Shown piece after piece: positions 18,848-28,059 of a DNA stretch of 64,000 nt. Under the pieces are notes generated by a model. It did no database searches and had not been told where the DNA came from. It worked only from the letters and a program-made list of their open reading frames with translations. This DNA is from an uncultured Gammaproteobacteria bacterium. GTDB lineage: Bacteria > Patescibacteriota > Microgenomatia > CAZETR01 > Amesbacteraceae. Where the stretch lies: the NCBI GenBank assembly GCA_964518565.1, contig CAZFGX010000001.1, positions 460,470-524,469 of the forward strand, given 5' to 3'. Both the position numbers and the translations under genes were made by a program. Position 1 is the stretch's first letter; every line of letters starts with the position of its first letter.

Positions 18848-19231
18848 ATGACAGGGTATGTAGCAGATATCGAAAAGTTAACAGAAGAAAACCAAAACTT
18901 TAGACAAGTCTTGTTTACCAGTCAACATGTCCAAGTCGTTGTCATGCACCTTCAGCCAAAAGAGTCTATTGGAGTAGAGGTTCATGAAGTGGTGGACCAA
19001 TTTCTACGCATCGAGCACGGAGAGGGAGTAGTAATAATGAACGATCAAGAACATTCTATTAAATCAGGCTATGCAATAGTTGTGCCTGCCGGCACAAAAC
19101 ACAATGTCATAAACACATCTTCTACCGAGTCGTTGAATCTCTACACAGTCTACTCACCTCCACACCACAAAGATAAGATCATCCACAAAACAAAACAAGC
19201 GAGCCAGTCAGACACGACCGATCATATCTAA
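18848..19231 (+). CDS. cupin domain protein
   Basis: Two-His cupin motifs (HEV...H...G, PAGTKHNVIN). Confidence 0.6.
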   Translation: MTGYVADIEKLTEENQNFRQVLFTSQHVQVVVMHLQPKESIGVEVHEVVDQFLRIEHGEGVVIMNDQEHSIKSGYAIVVPAGTKHNVINTSSTESLNLYTVYSPPHHKDKIIHKTKQASQSDTTDHI

Positions 19232-19234
19232 CTT

Positions 19235-19813
19235 CTAAAATAGTGTCTTAATAAAAGCTAGAAACGTTTGTTTATGATGATAAAACACATATCCATTAAG
19301 AAATAATAGTCCTGGAAATATAAACGCTTTCTCTGCTAGTGCTCCGGTTGTCACTCTCAAACTACGAATAGGTGGAAAGCCCAATTTCCATTGAATAGGA
19401 AACACCCAAGGCACCCCTTCTTTTGTCAGACTATCTGCCACCAAATGAGATAAAAAGCCGATCATAAATGCCCACCATACAACATTCATATCTACTAAAA
19501 TTACGCCCTGCACTTTGATTAATAGCCACCATAGAGCTTTGCCTACGAGCCACATACCCAAGAGTGAATGTGTAATAAACCGATGGCTACCAAACGTAGG
19601 GTGGACTACTCGTCCAAGAATCGATCCCGATCCAGCTGGCATTCGCTGCCAAAGCTCTGAAGAAGGTTCATCTAGATCCGGCGCCAATCCTCCGAGAAAC
19701 AATGCTATCACTCCAGCGATAGCCGTCGCTATACTCATAGCAGGAATTGGGAAGTAGGCAATGGCCAATACACCTAACGTAGCTGCAAACAGATCATGGG
19801 TTCGGGCAGTCAT
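19235..19813 (-). CDS. membrane-bound metal-dependent hydrolase-like protein (DUF457/YdjM-like)
   Basis: Polytopic membrane protein with an N-terminal HD...G pattern resembling YdjM-family proteins. Confidence 0.45.
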   Translation of the reverse strand: MTARTHDLFAATLGVLAIAYFPIPAMSIATAIAGVIALFLGGLAPDLDEPSSELWQRMPAGSGSILGRVVHPTFGSHRFITHSLLGMWLVGKALWWLLIKVQGVILVDMNVVWWAFMIGFLSHLVADSLTKEGVPWVFPIQWKLGFPPIRSLRVTTGALAEKAFIFPGLLFLNGYVFYHHKQTFLAFIKTLF

Positions 19814-19819
19814 GTGAAG

Positions 19820-20935
19820 TTATTTTTTACAGTCAGTACCCAGACCTCCGACGCAATTTTCAGTCGGAGCCTTACCTCGTTCAGGACATTTTTCCGAGTA
19901 AATACAGGCCTTGTCAGATACCAATGCCAGTTGAGTAGCTGTCAGTTCTGTATTAGACAATGCCAATTTATCAGCATCTTTAAACTCATATGCTTTCCAA
20001 TCACCATCATATTTGCTCCCATTTATATATAGCAGAGTAGGGGTTTTACTTTTTAGACTCAAGGAGTCATAAAATGTGCCCAATGTTGCGGCAGATTTAT
20101 GTTTATGAATCATTTCTCCAAAGCCGTCATGGATATGGATGTCTGGATTTTTTTCGTTATACATTGCAAAAGACAGTGACATTTTTCTGCCATCTACAAA
20201 CAAAACAAAATCCGCATGTTCATGGACTTTTTGATCAGAAATTGGTGTAGGCGTAATTTTTTGTTTGAAATCTCGAACTAGCGATGCAAAAGCATCGTAA
20301 CTTCCAGGCAATTCAATTAATCGGCCGTTAACAAAAAATGTCGGAGTCCCTGTAATCCTTAAAGCATCACCTGACAATTGATCATCGTGAACTTTTTTCT
20401 CGATTTCAGTTGAGGCAAAGTCTTTTTTAAATGTTTCGACATTTAAATTTAGTGATTTTGCATAGTCAGAAAAAGTCGCTAGCTCATCTTTTGTCTTGTT
20501 CCATTCATCTTGCTTGTCATATAGTAGTTCATGCATTTCCCAATATTTGCCTTGCTTATTAGCCGCTTCGGCCGCTTTTGCAGCACCCCAGGCATGTTGA
20601 TGAATTTGTGTTAGGGGATAATTTCTATACACCAAGCGTGCAGAATCTTTAAATTCATCCAAAAGTCTTTTTACAATCGGCTGATATGCCTTACATGATG
20701 GACATTGAAAATCTCCATACTCCACTATAGTAATCTGTGCATTTTGTGGACCCACTACGTGATCCATCGAACCAACTTCCAATTCCTTTGGCATGACAAA
20801 ATTTGTATCGTTCAAATTTGCCGTTGGACTGGGTTTAATTCTACCTGCAGACCATATACCAATACCGATTAACACCAGACAAAAAGCGGCTACTGCCAAA
20901 ATTATCCGTTTATCCATGACCGAATTGTAGCACAA
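19820..20935 (-). CDS. DsbA-family thiol:disulfide oxidoreductase with N-terminal TM anchor and Cys-rich C-terminal extension
   Basis: CPSC active site in a thioredoxin fold (DFQCPSCKAY...RNYPL); C-terminal KACIYSEKCPERGKAPTENCVGGLGTDCKK. Confidence 0.7.
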   Translation of the reverse strand: MCYNSVMDKRIILAVAAFCLVLIGIGIWSAGRIKPSPTANLNDTNFVMPKELEVGSMDHVVGPQNAQITIVEYGDFQCPSCKAYQPIVKRLLDEFKDSARLVYRNYPLTQIHQHAWGAAKAAEAANKQGKYWEMHELLYDKQDEWNKTKDELATFSDYAKSLNLNVETFKKDFASTEIEKKVHDDQLSGDALRITGTPTFFVNGRLIELPGSYDAFASLVRDFKQKITPTPISDQKVHEHADFVLFVDGRKMSLSFAMYNEKNPDIHIHDGFGEMIHKHKSAATLGTFYDSLSLKSKTPTLLYINGSKYDGDWKAYEFKDADKLALSNTELTATQLALVSDKACIYSEKCPERGKAPTENCVGGLGTDCKK

Positions 20936-22150
20936 CTATGGTGTAGGTGTCGGATCCAGCGTCCGATTAAATGTGATGGTAAATGCTGATGTAAAAATAG
21001 ATTGAAATATGGATTTAAATGATTCAGCCAATGATTCTGCATTCGCATTTACAAAAGGTGGTTGTTTGACATAGTCCGGATTACTAAATACATCCATGGT
21101 CAATTGATAAGCATTTTTAATAGTAGATGGGTCGTATGCATTTTGCTCAGCTACTGTCACGGCATAGACGTCTACTTGTGGTAAACGAGTTCCAAATATA
21201 CCCGTACCACTCCAATCTTTATTCGTAGTTGCCAAACTACACTTTAAATTATTTACCGCCTGAATCGTACATGCACCAGTATCTTCTGGCTCACTACATT
21301 GGGTTACTCCACAAGCCAGATCCGTCCTTGTCGTGTTTGGAAGTCCATCAGTAAATAAGATATATGCTTTTTTGACCCGAACATTATCGGTAAAATATGT
21401 CCGATTCAAAATAAGACCCGAATCGCCCAAATTTGTCCCAGCATTTCCTGGAATATCCATAAGACCTGTTGTGCGACAAAGCGGACTATTGGAAACAGAG
21501 TTCCAAGTACCAGAATTATCTACCAAATTTTGCAAACGAGAAAGATCATTGGTTGGCTTTACTTGTCCCAAACTATCAGTCGCCCAAGCAGCTGTACGTT
21601 GAAATGGCATGAGTCCTAAATAAAATTTGTCTCGAGTCGCAACAGGAGTAATGTTTGTAATCTCTCTAATAAATGCGCTTAACGCCTTTTGCAATTGGTA
21701 TATTCTAGATGTTCCACAGGTCGGACATGCTTTACTATTCATACTTGGTGAACAATCAATCCCCATGGCAATCTCTACTTTGTCAAAGTTTACAGTGCCT
21801 TCACCAGAATTTGTTTTGGTCAGTTGAAAACTTGTAGATGCATATGGCCAGCGAGCCAAAAAATCTAATGTCCGATTTTCAGATGTGCCAGTGGCTGTGA
21901 CTTGGAGTGATTGTCCTGGGCCAAAATTACGCAAATAATTTGAACCCATATCAAAATTGGGATATTTTAAATATCGGTGCACCAAATCAAATACTTCTGA
22001 TTCAGCAGCGTAGTCTGCTGCCAAAATGTCCGACAAAGAACGATGACGATAAACTGCCAACAATAGACGCGACTGCCAAGTAAACACGATGAACAACGCG
22101 ACAATCGAAATCATAATGACAATAATGATTGTGGCAATTCCTTTTTTCAT
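20936..22150 (-). CDS. pilus-associated vWA domain protein with N-terminal TM anchor (module B)
   Basis: MIDAS GIDCSPSMN, ILFTDGLPNT; paralog of 16098-17321. Confidence 0.7.
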   Translation of the reverse strand: MKKGIATIIIVIMISIVALFIVFTWQSRLLLAVYRHRSLSDILAADYAAESEVFDLVHRYLKYPNFDMGSNYLRNFGPGQSLQVTATGTSENRTLDFLARWPYASTSFQLTKTNSGEGTVNFDKVEIAMGIDCSPSMNSKACPTCGTSRIYQLQKALSAFIREITNITPVATRDKFYLGLMPFQRTAAWATDSLGQVKPTNDLSRLQNLVDNSGTWNSVSNSPLCRTTGLMDIPGNAGTNLGDSGLILNRTYFTDNVRVKKAYILFTDGLPNTTRTDLACGVTQCSEPEDTGACTIQAVNNLKCSLATTNKDWSGTGIFGTRLPQVDVYAVTVAEQNAYDPSTIKNAYQLTMDVFSNPDYVKQPPFVNANAESLAESFKSIFQSIFTSAFTITFNRTLDPTPTP

Positions 22151-22662
22151 TGTGTGATTGTTTGTTTACGGTTAGATGCAATAAATGAAAAAGTATCCTT
22201 CAAAATACTCGAGCCCTTTGCTTGTAATTCTATATCGATTGAATAACTAGGATAAGGTGAAATCCAAGCAGATCCATCCCAACTGCGTACGGCTGACCGA
22301 TCGCACACCAAAAATCTATTTACTTGTACATTGGCAGAGGTCAGAGCAGATCCTGCCCTTTGTAGAGACTGATTATTTACAGCATATACAACCGTATCAA
22401 TCGTCAGCGATGAGTTTTGCATTGAGCTCGAATTGCAATCACAATTCTGACAACTAAACACCTTTCCCCAGCGTATGGCATTTGATAAATCTGTAGAAAT
22501 ATCATTCTTAGTCTGCTCAAAGAGTTCCTGAGACTTACTGGATTGATTCGTCCCAGTAATATTTAACAAAAATCCTGAAACCACCAAGAACACGATACTA
22601 GACATGGCTAATGCCACCAATATTTCAAGTAGTGTCATACCTGGTTGTAGAGTAGTTTTCAT
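22147..22662 (-). CDS. type IV pilin-like (minor pilin) protein
   Basis: GMTLLEILVALAMSSIVFLV N-terminus; ends SNRKQTITQ like 17318-17818. Confidence 0.65.
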   Translation of the reverse strand: MKTTLQPGMTLLEILVALAMSSIVFLVVSGFLLNITGTNQSSKSQELFEQTKNDISTDLSNAIRWGKVFSCQNCDCNSSSMQNSSLTIDTVVYAVNNQSLQRAGSALTSANVQVNRFLVCDRSAVRSWDGSAWISPYPSYSIDIELQAKGSSILKDTFSFIASNRKQTITQ

Positions 22663-23186
22663 AATTTTGTAATGAGTAAAGTAGCCTGAATATGTTTAGG
22701 TGCCAATTTTTCCCGCCAATCAACAGACGTAGTGACCAATTTACTGTCTGGATCGATTGCGTATCCAGCATCACACCCAGGATTTGGTTCAGGTGGTGAT
22801 TGCAATTTGCCCTGATCTTCGCCAGTCCCATTAACCAACCTACATACAGGCGATACACGTATAGTTCGGCCAAACATACCTACTTCATCCACTTCACCTA
22901 CTGCCATTGGCACCAGCGTCCAACCATCTGGAGAAGTACCGTCCCCAGGATCAGTCCGCGAAACTGCATAACGATAATTACCTTCACCAAAACTATCCCA
23001 ATCATCTAAAAATACGTTATAAGCCACCTCTGCCCCTTGCTGCAAAATTATCGCCGCCTGACTATCGTATTGGAGTTGTTTACTTCTGGTAATTAGCCAA
23101 CCCACAACTGGATACACACTCACAAAAATGACTACAAGCATTGCCACAGACAAAACCACTTCCAACAATGTCACACCTGATTTCAT
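22659..23186 (-). CDS. type IV pilin-like (minor pilin) protein
   Basis: MKSGVTLLEVVLSVAMLVVIFVSV; homologous to 17815-18339. Confidence 0.65.
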   Translation of the reverse strand: MKSGVTLLEVVLSVAMLVVIFVSVYPVVGWLITRSKQLQYDSQAAIILQQGAEVAYNVFLDDWDSFGEGNYRYAVSRTDPGDGTSPDGWTLVPMAVGEVDEVGMFGRTIRVSPVCRLVNGTGEDQGKLQSPPEPNPGCDAGYAIDPDSKLVTTSVDWREKLAPKHIQATLLITKL

Positions 23187-23629
23187 GGACCCACCTCCAC
23201 AATACCCGTTGCGCTGATACGCACCTGAATGGTTTTTGCATTTGGTGCCCGTAAAATAATTGTTTTCGCCGTAGTGTTACCTGTCCCTTTCTCAAACCAG
23301 ATGCTAAACATAGCTCCAGAAAAAACCAGTGGATTTTCTATCGAATATTCAGCCTGATTAGATGGAGACGGATCAGAGCTAGAGGTACGCGAACGGAATC
23401 GGTATGTAGTTGCATCCTGCTGGGTGACACCCCACTCCTTATTATCTTTGGCTTCGCGAGCAAAAATATGTGCCTGTGTCAAAACGTTTTTCAATTTTTC
23501 TGCCGAAGAGTTTAATGCCTGGTTGTTTCGCATTGAAGAGATGACAAAAAAACTTGGCACACTCACAATTCCAACAATTGCAATTACAATCAGTAACTCA
23601 ATGAGGGTCATGGCAGCAGCAAATTTCAT
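23183..23629 (-). CDS. type IV pilin-like protein
   Basis: MKFAAAMTLIELLIVIAIVGIVS, a class III signal-peptide-like N-terminus. Confidence 0.7.
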   Translation of the reverse strand: MKFAAAMTLIELLIVIAIVGIVSVPSFFVISSMRNNQALNSSAEKLKNVLTQAHIFAREAKDNKEWGVTQQDATTYRFRSRTSSSDPSPSNQAEYSIENPLVFSGAMFSIWFEKGTGNTTAKTIILRAPNAKTIQVRISATGIVEVGP

Positions 23630-23638
23630 AAACTAATA

Positions 23639-24106
23639 CTAGCGTATCAAAACTTCAGCTCTGGTGCTAATAATAGGCAAATCTGGCACGATTGTTTTGA
23701 TACTCTCTGCAGGAATAGATACATGATACGTTCCAGGTACATCAGCTACACCCTCAATACTCCCTAGGCGAACTGTACCTGAAAATGCCTGTGAATACAT
23801 GAGTGTACTAGAAGTCAAAGAAATAGCTGGGTCAGCCTTAATTGTGCCTGACACTTGCGGAATAATCCCATACTTATCTTTATATTGACCCATGATATAA
23901 AAATGAAACTTTTGCCCAGGCGCAGCAACTACTGCTGGTGGATCAAACCAGATCCGTAATTTACCTGCTTCTTCGTCTGCTTTTACAAAAAAAGGTAGAT
24001 CACCTTTATTTAATACTCCTGCAATCAAGACCGGTAAAAACGCCGCAATTCCCACTACACCAAAAAACATGCTTTTCGCTTTTGATTCAGCCCGAAACAT
24101 ATCCAT
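23639..24106 (-). CDS. membrane-anchored hypothetical protein (first gene of pilin/vWA module B)
   Basis: N-terminal TM FFGVVGIAAFLPVLIAGVL; 155 aa. Confidence 0.4.
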   Translation of the reverse strand: MDMFRAESKAKSMFFGVVGIAAFLPVLIAGVLNKGDLPFFVKADEEAGKLRIWFDPPAVVAAPGQKFHFYIMGQYKDKYGIIPQVSGTIKADPAISLTSSTLMYSQAFSGTVRLGSIEGVADVPGTYHVSIPAESIKTIVPDLPIISTRAEVLIR

Positions 24107-24147
24107 ACCGTATATAGTTATACAGTATTTTTAGCCCTCAAAACTAG

Positions 24148-24222
24148 TCGGGGATAGAGGACTCGAACCTCCGACCTCACGCTCCCAAAGCGCGCGCTCT
24201 AAGCCAACTGAGCTAATCCCCG
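24148..24222 (-). tRNA. tRNA-Pro (anticodon TGG)
   Basis: Minus-strand cloverleaf cggggat...atccccg, anticodon loop ttTGGga. Confidence 0.8.
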
Positions 24223-24244
24223 GCAAGACAAATTTTACTACAAA

Positions 24245-24622
24245 TTACAATTGCGCGTATAAATCCACTTGATAACCGTCTGGATCAGCCACCACAGCAT
24301 ATCGCTGACCCCAAAACGCATCCCATGGCGATTTGACTACAGTATAGCCAAATTCAGCTACTTGAGCTGCAATACGGTCTACTTCTGTAGCAGAGTCGTA
24401 TTGAATGGCAAAATGTGAATGGTTTCCCGGTTTTGGATCTTGGCCTATCAAAGACTCTACCAAATTCCGACTATCAATCATCAATCGTGCCGCACCCGAA
24501 TTGGTCGCCTCGACGTGCTGTTCATCGGTTGCAAGTTGGGGAAATTCAAATCCCAATACTCGATAAAACGCTACCGTCTTGGCCATATCCGACGCACACA
24601 CTCCTACAGCATTTAGATTCAT
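24245..24622 (-). CDS. VOC/glyoxalase family protein
   Basis: FYRVLGFEF... VOC fold; 125 aa. Confidence 0.6.
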   Translation of the reverse strand: MNLNAVGVCASDMAKTVAFYRVLGFEFPQLATDEQHVEATNSGAARLMIDSRNLVESLIGQDPKPGNHSHFAIQYDSATEVDRIAAQVAEFGYTVVKSPWDAFWGQRYAVVADPDGYQVDLYAQL

Positions 24623-24630
24623 AATCTCAG

Positions 24631-24701
24631 AGCGGGTGAGGAGAATCGAACTCCCGCATCCTCCTTGGCAAGGAGGTGTTCTACCATTGAACTACACCCG
24701 C
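24631..24701 (-). tRNA. tRNA-Gly (anticodon GCC)
   Basis: gcgggtgtagttcaatggtagaacacctccttGCCaaggagg...; acceptor gcgggtg/cacccgc. Confidence 0.85.
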
Positions 24702-24752
24702 AGGTCGGCTTATTTTACACGAGTCTGTTTCCGCGATAAAGTACAAGCACTG

Positions 24753-26189
24753 ATGAGCTGGAAATTGTTAGGTTTTTTTGTGCTTGGTTTACTCATTCGT
24801 TTTCTCTATTTTCCCAACGATATTTCATTTATTTACGACCAGGCCAGAGATGCATATGCCGCTCAAGAGCTGCTTCATGCAAACCTAAAAATAGTCGGTC
24901 CACCCACCGCTATTCCTGGCTTGTACCACGGCAGTCTTTTTTATTATCTACATGCACCGCTATTATTAGTCTCTCACGGTAATCCAGAATTTATCTCCGC
25001 GTGTATGCGGCTCTACAATGCATTGGGGATAATTCTTATATTTTTTGTAGCCAAAAAGATTTTCGACTGGCGCACAGGACTTATTTCCTCTCTAATATTT
25101 ACCACCTCCTTCGAACAAACCCAATTTGCTATGTTTCTTGGCCACCCTGCATTTGCTGTTCTGTCTGTATTGGGCTTTTATTATGGTCTCGCTATCTCCC
25201 TACCATTGGCTGCATTTTGTTTGGGCATGGCAATCCAATTTCACTTTGCCATGATCAGCCTCATACCTGTGTTTCTTATTTGGCTCATCTTTCATCGCCA
25301 GACATACTCAAGGAAAATATATCTTCAGACACTTCTTGCCGCTGTTATATCGCTGAGCACTTTTATTCTCGCCGAATTCAAATTTCATTTTCGTACACTA
25401 AAAACACTCTCCACCTTAGCTCATACATCATCTGGTCAAGGGCTTCACATATCAAATTTATTTCACATTTTCGTTCGTTATATCCAAGACAATCTAGCGA
25501 CTACATCAATAATTGTTTACCTAGTAGCCATTGTGTTACTTTTTGCCTTTGCATATACGAGAAAAAAGATCTTAATTTTGTGGCTATTAGCAGGTCTAGT
25601 GCCGTACGTGTTCGATCATTCATCTATCCCTATTTACTATTACACGATTGGCGGTTCATTGAGTGTAATTATTATGTCTGCCTATCTGATCAATAAACTT
25701 CCTCAAATTGCTCGAACTTTAATCCTATTTTTCATCATCTATACAAACCTGATCCACATCACTCAAACAAATAGAATTGGCGTCATGCCAGAAATTACGG
25801 TCCAATCTGGCATGCTACTTTCAGATCAAAAACAGCTCATTGATGCTGCGTACCAGCAAAGCGATGGTCAACCATTTGCGATAAATGCTGTCACAATTCC
25901 ATATCAAATAAATACTACGTGGAGCTATCTATTTGAATGGTATGGTAAATCAAAGTATGGATATCTACCAATCTGGTCCAGTGAAACAGCAATAGGCTAT
26001 GCAGGCAATCTACCACTTCAAACAAACAGATCACTCCTACCAGCAAAACGCTTTACCATTATCGAGCCAGATAGGGGACTAGACTCTCGACTAAAAAAGC
26101 AATATCTAGAAAAAGAAAATATTTTTACGACAGTAGTTTCAGAAAAAAAAATCGGCCGCCTGACACTCCAGATCAGGGAAAAGAAATAA
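24753..26189 (+). CDS. polytopic membrane protein, possible GT-C fold glycosyltransferase (ArnT/PMT-like)
   Basis: About 11 TM segments, N-terminal loop with D/E-rich FIYDQARDAYAA; the ORF-track start at 24579 overlaps tRNA-Gly, so the start is placed at ATG 24753. Confidence 0.45.
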   Translation: MSWKLLGFFVLGLLIRFLYFPNDISFIYDQARDAYAAQELLHANLKIVGPPTAIPGLYHGSLFYYLHAPLLLVSHGNPEFISACMRLYNALGIILIFFVAKKIFDWRTGLISSLIFTTSFEQTQFAMFLGHPAFAVLSVLGFYYGLAISLPLAAFCLGMAIQFHFAMISLIPVFLIWLIFHRQTYSRKIYLQTLLAAVISLSTFILAEFKFHFRTLKTLSTLAHTSSGQGLHISNLFHIFVRYIQDNLATTSIIVYLVAIVLLFAFAYTRKKILILWLLAGLVPYVFDHSSIPIYYYTIGGSLSVIIMSAYLINKLPQIARTLILFFIIYTNLIHITQTNRIGVMPEITVQSGMLLSDQKQLIDAAYQQSDGQPFAINAVTIPYQINTTWSYLFEWYGKSKYGYLPIWSSETAIGYAGNLPLQTNRSLLPAKRFTIIEPDRGLDSRLKKQYLEKENIFTTVVSEKKIGRLTLQIREKK

Positions 26190-26287
26190 GAATACGAACT
26201 ACTTTTGACACTGAGTGTATATTTATAAAGTTGGCACATTAAAACGAAACAAGTAAGAGAAAATGCAGTAAAAAAAGGAAACTAGAA

Positions 26288-26521
26288 ATGGCGAATAATC
26301 AACAAATTTCGCTTGAAGGGGAACTAATAACCTTTGGCGATTGTGAAGATCCGGATTACGAAGGGTGTAGTTTTGTGTCGATCGGTACAAGTTATAACCA
26401 TACGACCTTTATTGTAGATAATGAGGAGGCAACTATAGAGCAAATATACTCACGAGGAACAGACAGACAAGCGTGGGGTTTGATAGCAATAGCTATTACA
26501 ACTGGATATTGGGACGACTAA
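26288..26521 (+). CDS. hypothetical small protein
   Basis: 77-aa ORF followed by a strong terminator. Confidence 0.3.
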   Translation: MANNQQISLEGELITFGDCEDPDYEGCSFVSIGTSYNHTTFIVDNEEATIEQIYSRGTDRQAWGLIAIAITTGYWDD

Positions 26522-26541
26522 AACAAAAAATGTGCCACACT

Positions 26542-26575
26542 GCTCTCCGCCAAAAAAGCGGAGAGCAACTTTTTA
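26542..26575. terminator. rho-independent terminator (possibly bidirectional)
   Basis: gctctccgc-caaaaaa-gcggagagc hairpin followed by a T-run. Confidence 0.55.
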
Positions 26576-26911
26576 TATTTCAAACAAATAAAATCTCAAA
26601 TCAAACCGATGAACAGTGGATTGGTCTTTTTGATCAGGAAAAATAAGGGCATGTTTCACTCCAATTGCTGTTTTTAACTGTTTCTCCCAATCAAACTTTT
26701 TTGAATTCCACCAGAAATCATGTAGTAAATCACTTTCAGCATTAACTAACAAAAATAATCCTTGATTTGTTTCAATTATTTCTCGCTGCATCTCGATATG
26801 TTTCGAGTTGTAGATGAGTGTGACTGGTTCAAGATGGTATGCTTTACCCATCAATCCAATTGAATAACTATCGAGAACCGATTGAATTTGTGTATTAGTT
26901 AAAGCTTGCAT
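26573..26911 (-). CDS. hypothetical protein (trimmed from the ORF-track call to avoid two tRNA genes)
   Basis: The longer 178-aa reading overlaps tRNA-Leu(TAA) and tRNA-Leu(GAG); the first ATG clear of them is 26911. Confidence 0.3.
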   Translation of the reverse strand: MQALTNTQIQSVLDSYSIGLMGKAYHLEPVTLIYNSKHIEMQREIIETNQGLFLLVNAESDLLHDFWWNSKKFDWEKQLKTAIGVKHALIFPDQKDQSTVHRFDLRFYLFEI

Positions 26912-26912
26912 G

Positions 26913-26997
26913 TGCCGGGGGCGAGACTCGAACTCGCACGCAGTGTTAGCTGCGCGGGCTCTTAAGGCCCGTGTGTCTACCATTCCACCACCTCGGC
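26913..26997 (-). tRNA. tRNA-Leu (anticodon TAA)
   Basis: Long variable arm, anticodon loop ctTAAga; acceptor has one mismatch. Confidence 0.8.
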
Positions 26998-27026
26998 TTG
27001 GTATAATTCGGATTATATATCGGAAT

Positions 27027-27108
27027 GGGCCGGTGGTGAAACTGGTATACACGTACGCTTGAGGTGCGTATGCCGCAAGGTGTGGAGGTTCGAGTCCTCT
27101 CCGGCCCA
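27027..27108 (+). tRNA. tRNA-Leu (anticodon GAG)
   Basis: gggccggtggtgaaactgg..., anticodon loop ttGAGgt, long variable arm. Confidence 0.8.
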
Positions 27109-27167
27109 CACAACTTCCTCACGATTTTCCAAAGCACGTAAACAATTTGTAAAGGAGTGTTATAGAT

Positions 27168-27665
27168 ATGAAACAGGCAACAGATAATGTATGGTCAAAA
27201 GTAGTCACAGACCCTTCGTACGGCCAAATGTCAAAGAGAACTCAAGCAGCCACAAAGCCCTACATCAATCGACTTCCGGAAGTTCTAGCTCCAGTAAAGG
27301 ATGATCCATTTTCCTACAAATCACTCATAAACGCCAAGCTGTTGTTTCTCCAGTTTTCACTCAGTAGCGGCATGCTCGATGCTCATGTAAAAACCCTAAC
27401 CAAGGCCGAGTTGGGATTTTTTACACAACAAGGAGTGATTGAAGTGATTAAGGGCACACTCACTGATTTACTAGACAGATATGCGTCTACTGCTCGTGAT
27501 TTTGAAGAAATGCTCAAATCAAGTGGCATAACAGAACGCGACATGATCCTGTCTCCAGCTTTAGGCCTCGTCCCCGAAGCCAAAGCCTTATACCTCAAAG
27601 GTGAACTAACAATCGGCAAGCTGATCGAGATTCAGCCCATTCTGATTGTGAAAAACACCAAGTAG
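27168..27665 (+). CDS. hypothetical protein
   Basis: 165-aa ORF followed by a canonical terminator. Confidence 0.4.
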   Translation: MKQATDNVWSKVVTDPSYGQMSKRTQAATKPYINRLPEVLAPVKDDPFSYKSLINAKLLFLQFSLSSGMLDAHVKTLTKAELGFFTQQGVIEVIKGTLTDLLDRYASTARDFEEMLKSSGITERDMILSPALGLVPEAKALYLKGELTIGKLIEIQPILIVKNTK

Positions 27666-27677
27666 TTTTCAATCCCT

Positions 27678-27707
27678 GCGCCGGCTAAAACCGGCGCATT
27701 TTTTTTT
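27678..27707 (+). terminator. rho-independent terminator
   Basis: gcgccgg-ctaaaa-ccggcgc followed by T9. Confidence 0.7.
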
Positions 27708-27738
27708 GGTATATAATTACATGTAGTTCAAGTAGTTC

Positions 27739-27821
27739 GGGCCGGTGGTGAAACTGGCATACACGTACGCTTCAGGTGCGTATGCCCAAAAGGCGTGGAG
27801 GTTCGACTCCTCTCCGGCCCA
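27739..27821 (+). tRNA. tRNA-Leu (anticodon CAG)
   Basis: Near-identical backbone to tRNA-Leu(GAG); anticodon loop ttCAGgt. Confidence 0.8.
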
Positions 27822-27840
27822 CCGAAACCTTTTACAATTT

Positions 27841-27914
27841 GGACGATTAGCTCAGCTGGCTAGAGCATCGCTTTTACACAGCGGGGGTCGGGGGTTCAAG
27901 TCCCTCATCGTCCA
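27841..27914 (+). tRNA. tRNA-Val (anticodon TAC)
   Basis: ggacgattagctcagctggctagagc...; anticodon loop ttTACac. Confidence 0.8.
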
Positions 27915-27978
27915 CACATTTGACTACAAACTTCAAGGGCTTTTTTTGTTTAATGATATAATTTTTTTGCCACAACAA

Positions 27979-28054
27979 GCCGAGTTAGCCAAGGTGGTCA
28001 CGGCGGGCGCCTGAAGAGCGTCAAATGGGGGTTCGACTCCCTCACTCGGCACCA
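27979..28054 (+). tRNA. tRNA-Phe (anticodon GAA)
   Basis: 76 nt with CCA; acceptor gccgagt/actcggc perfect; anticodon loop ctGAAga; T-loop ttcgact; one extra D-arm nucleotide. Confidence 0.65.
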
Positions 28055-28059
28055 AACCA

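Noticed and set aside
26573-27137. 178-aa minus-strand ORF 26573-27109 and 63-aa ORF 26946-27137
   Set aside because: The upstream part overlaps tRNA-Leu(TAA) and tRNA-Leu(GAG). The ORF was trimmed to the first ATG clear of the tRNAs (26911), and even that call has low confidence.
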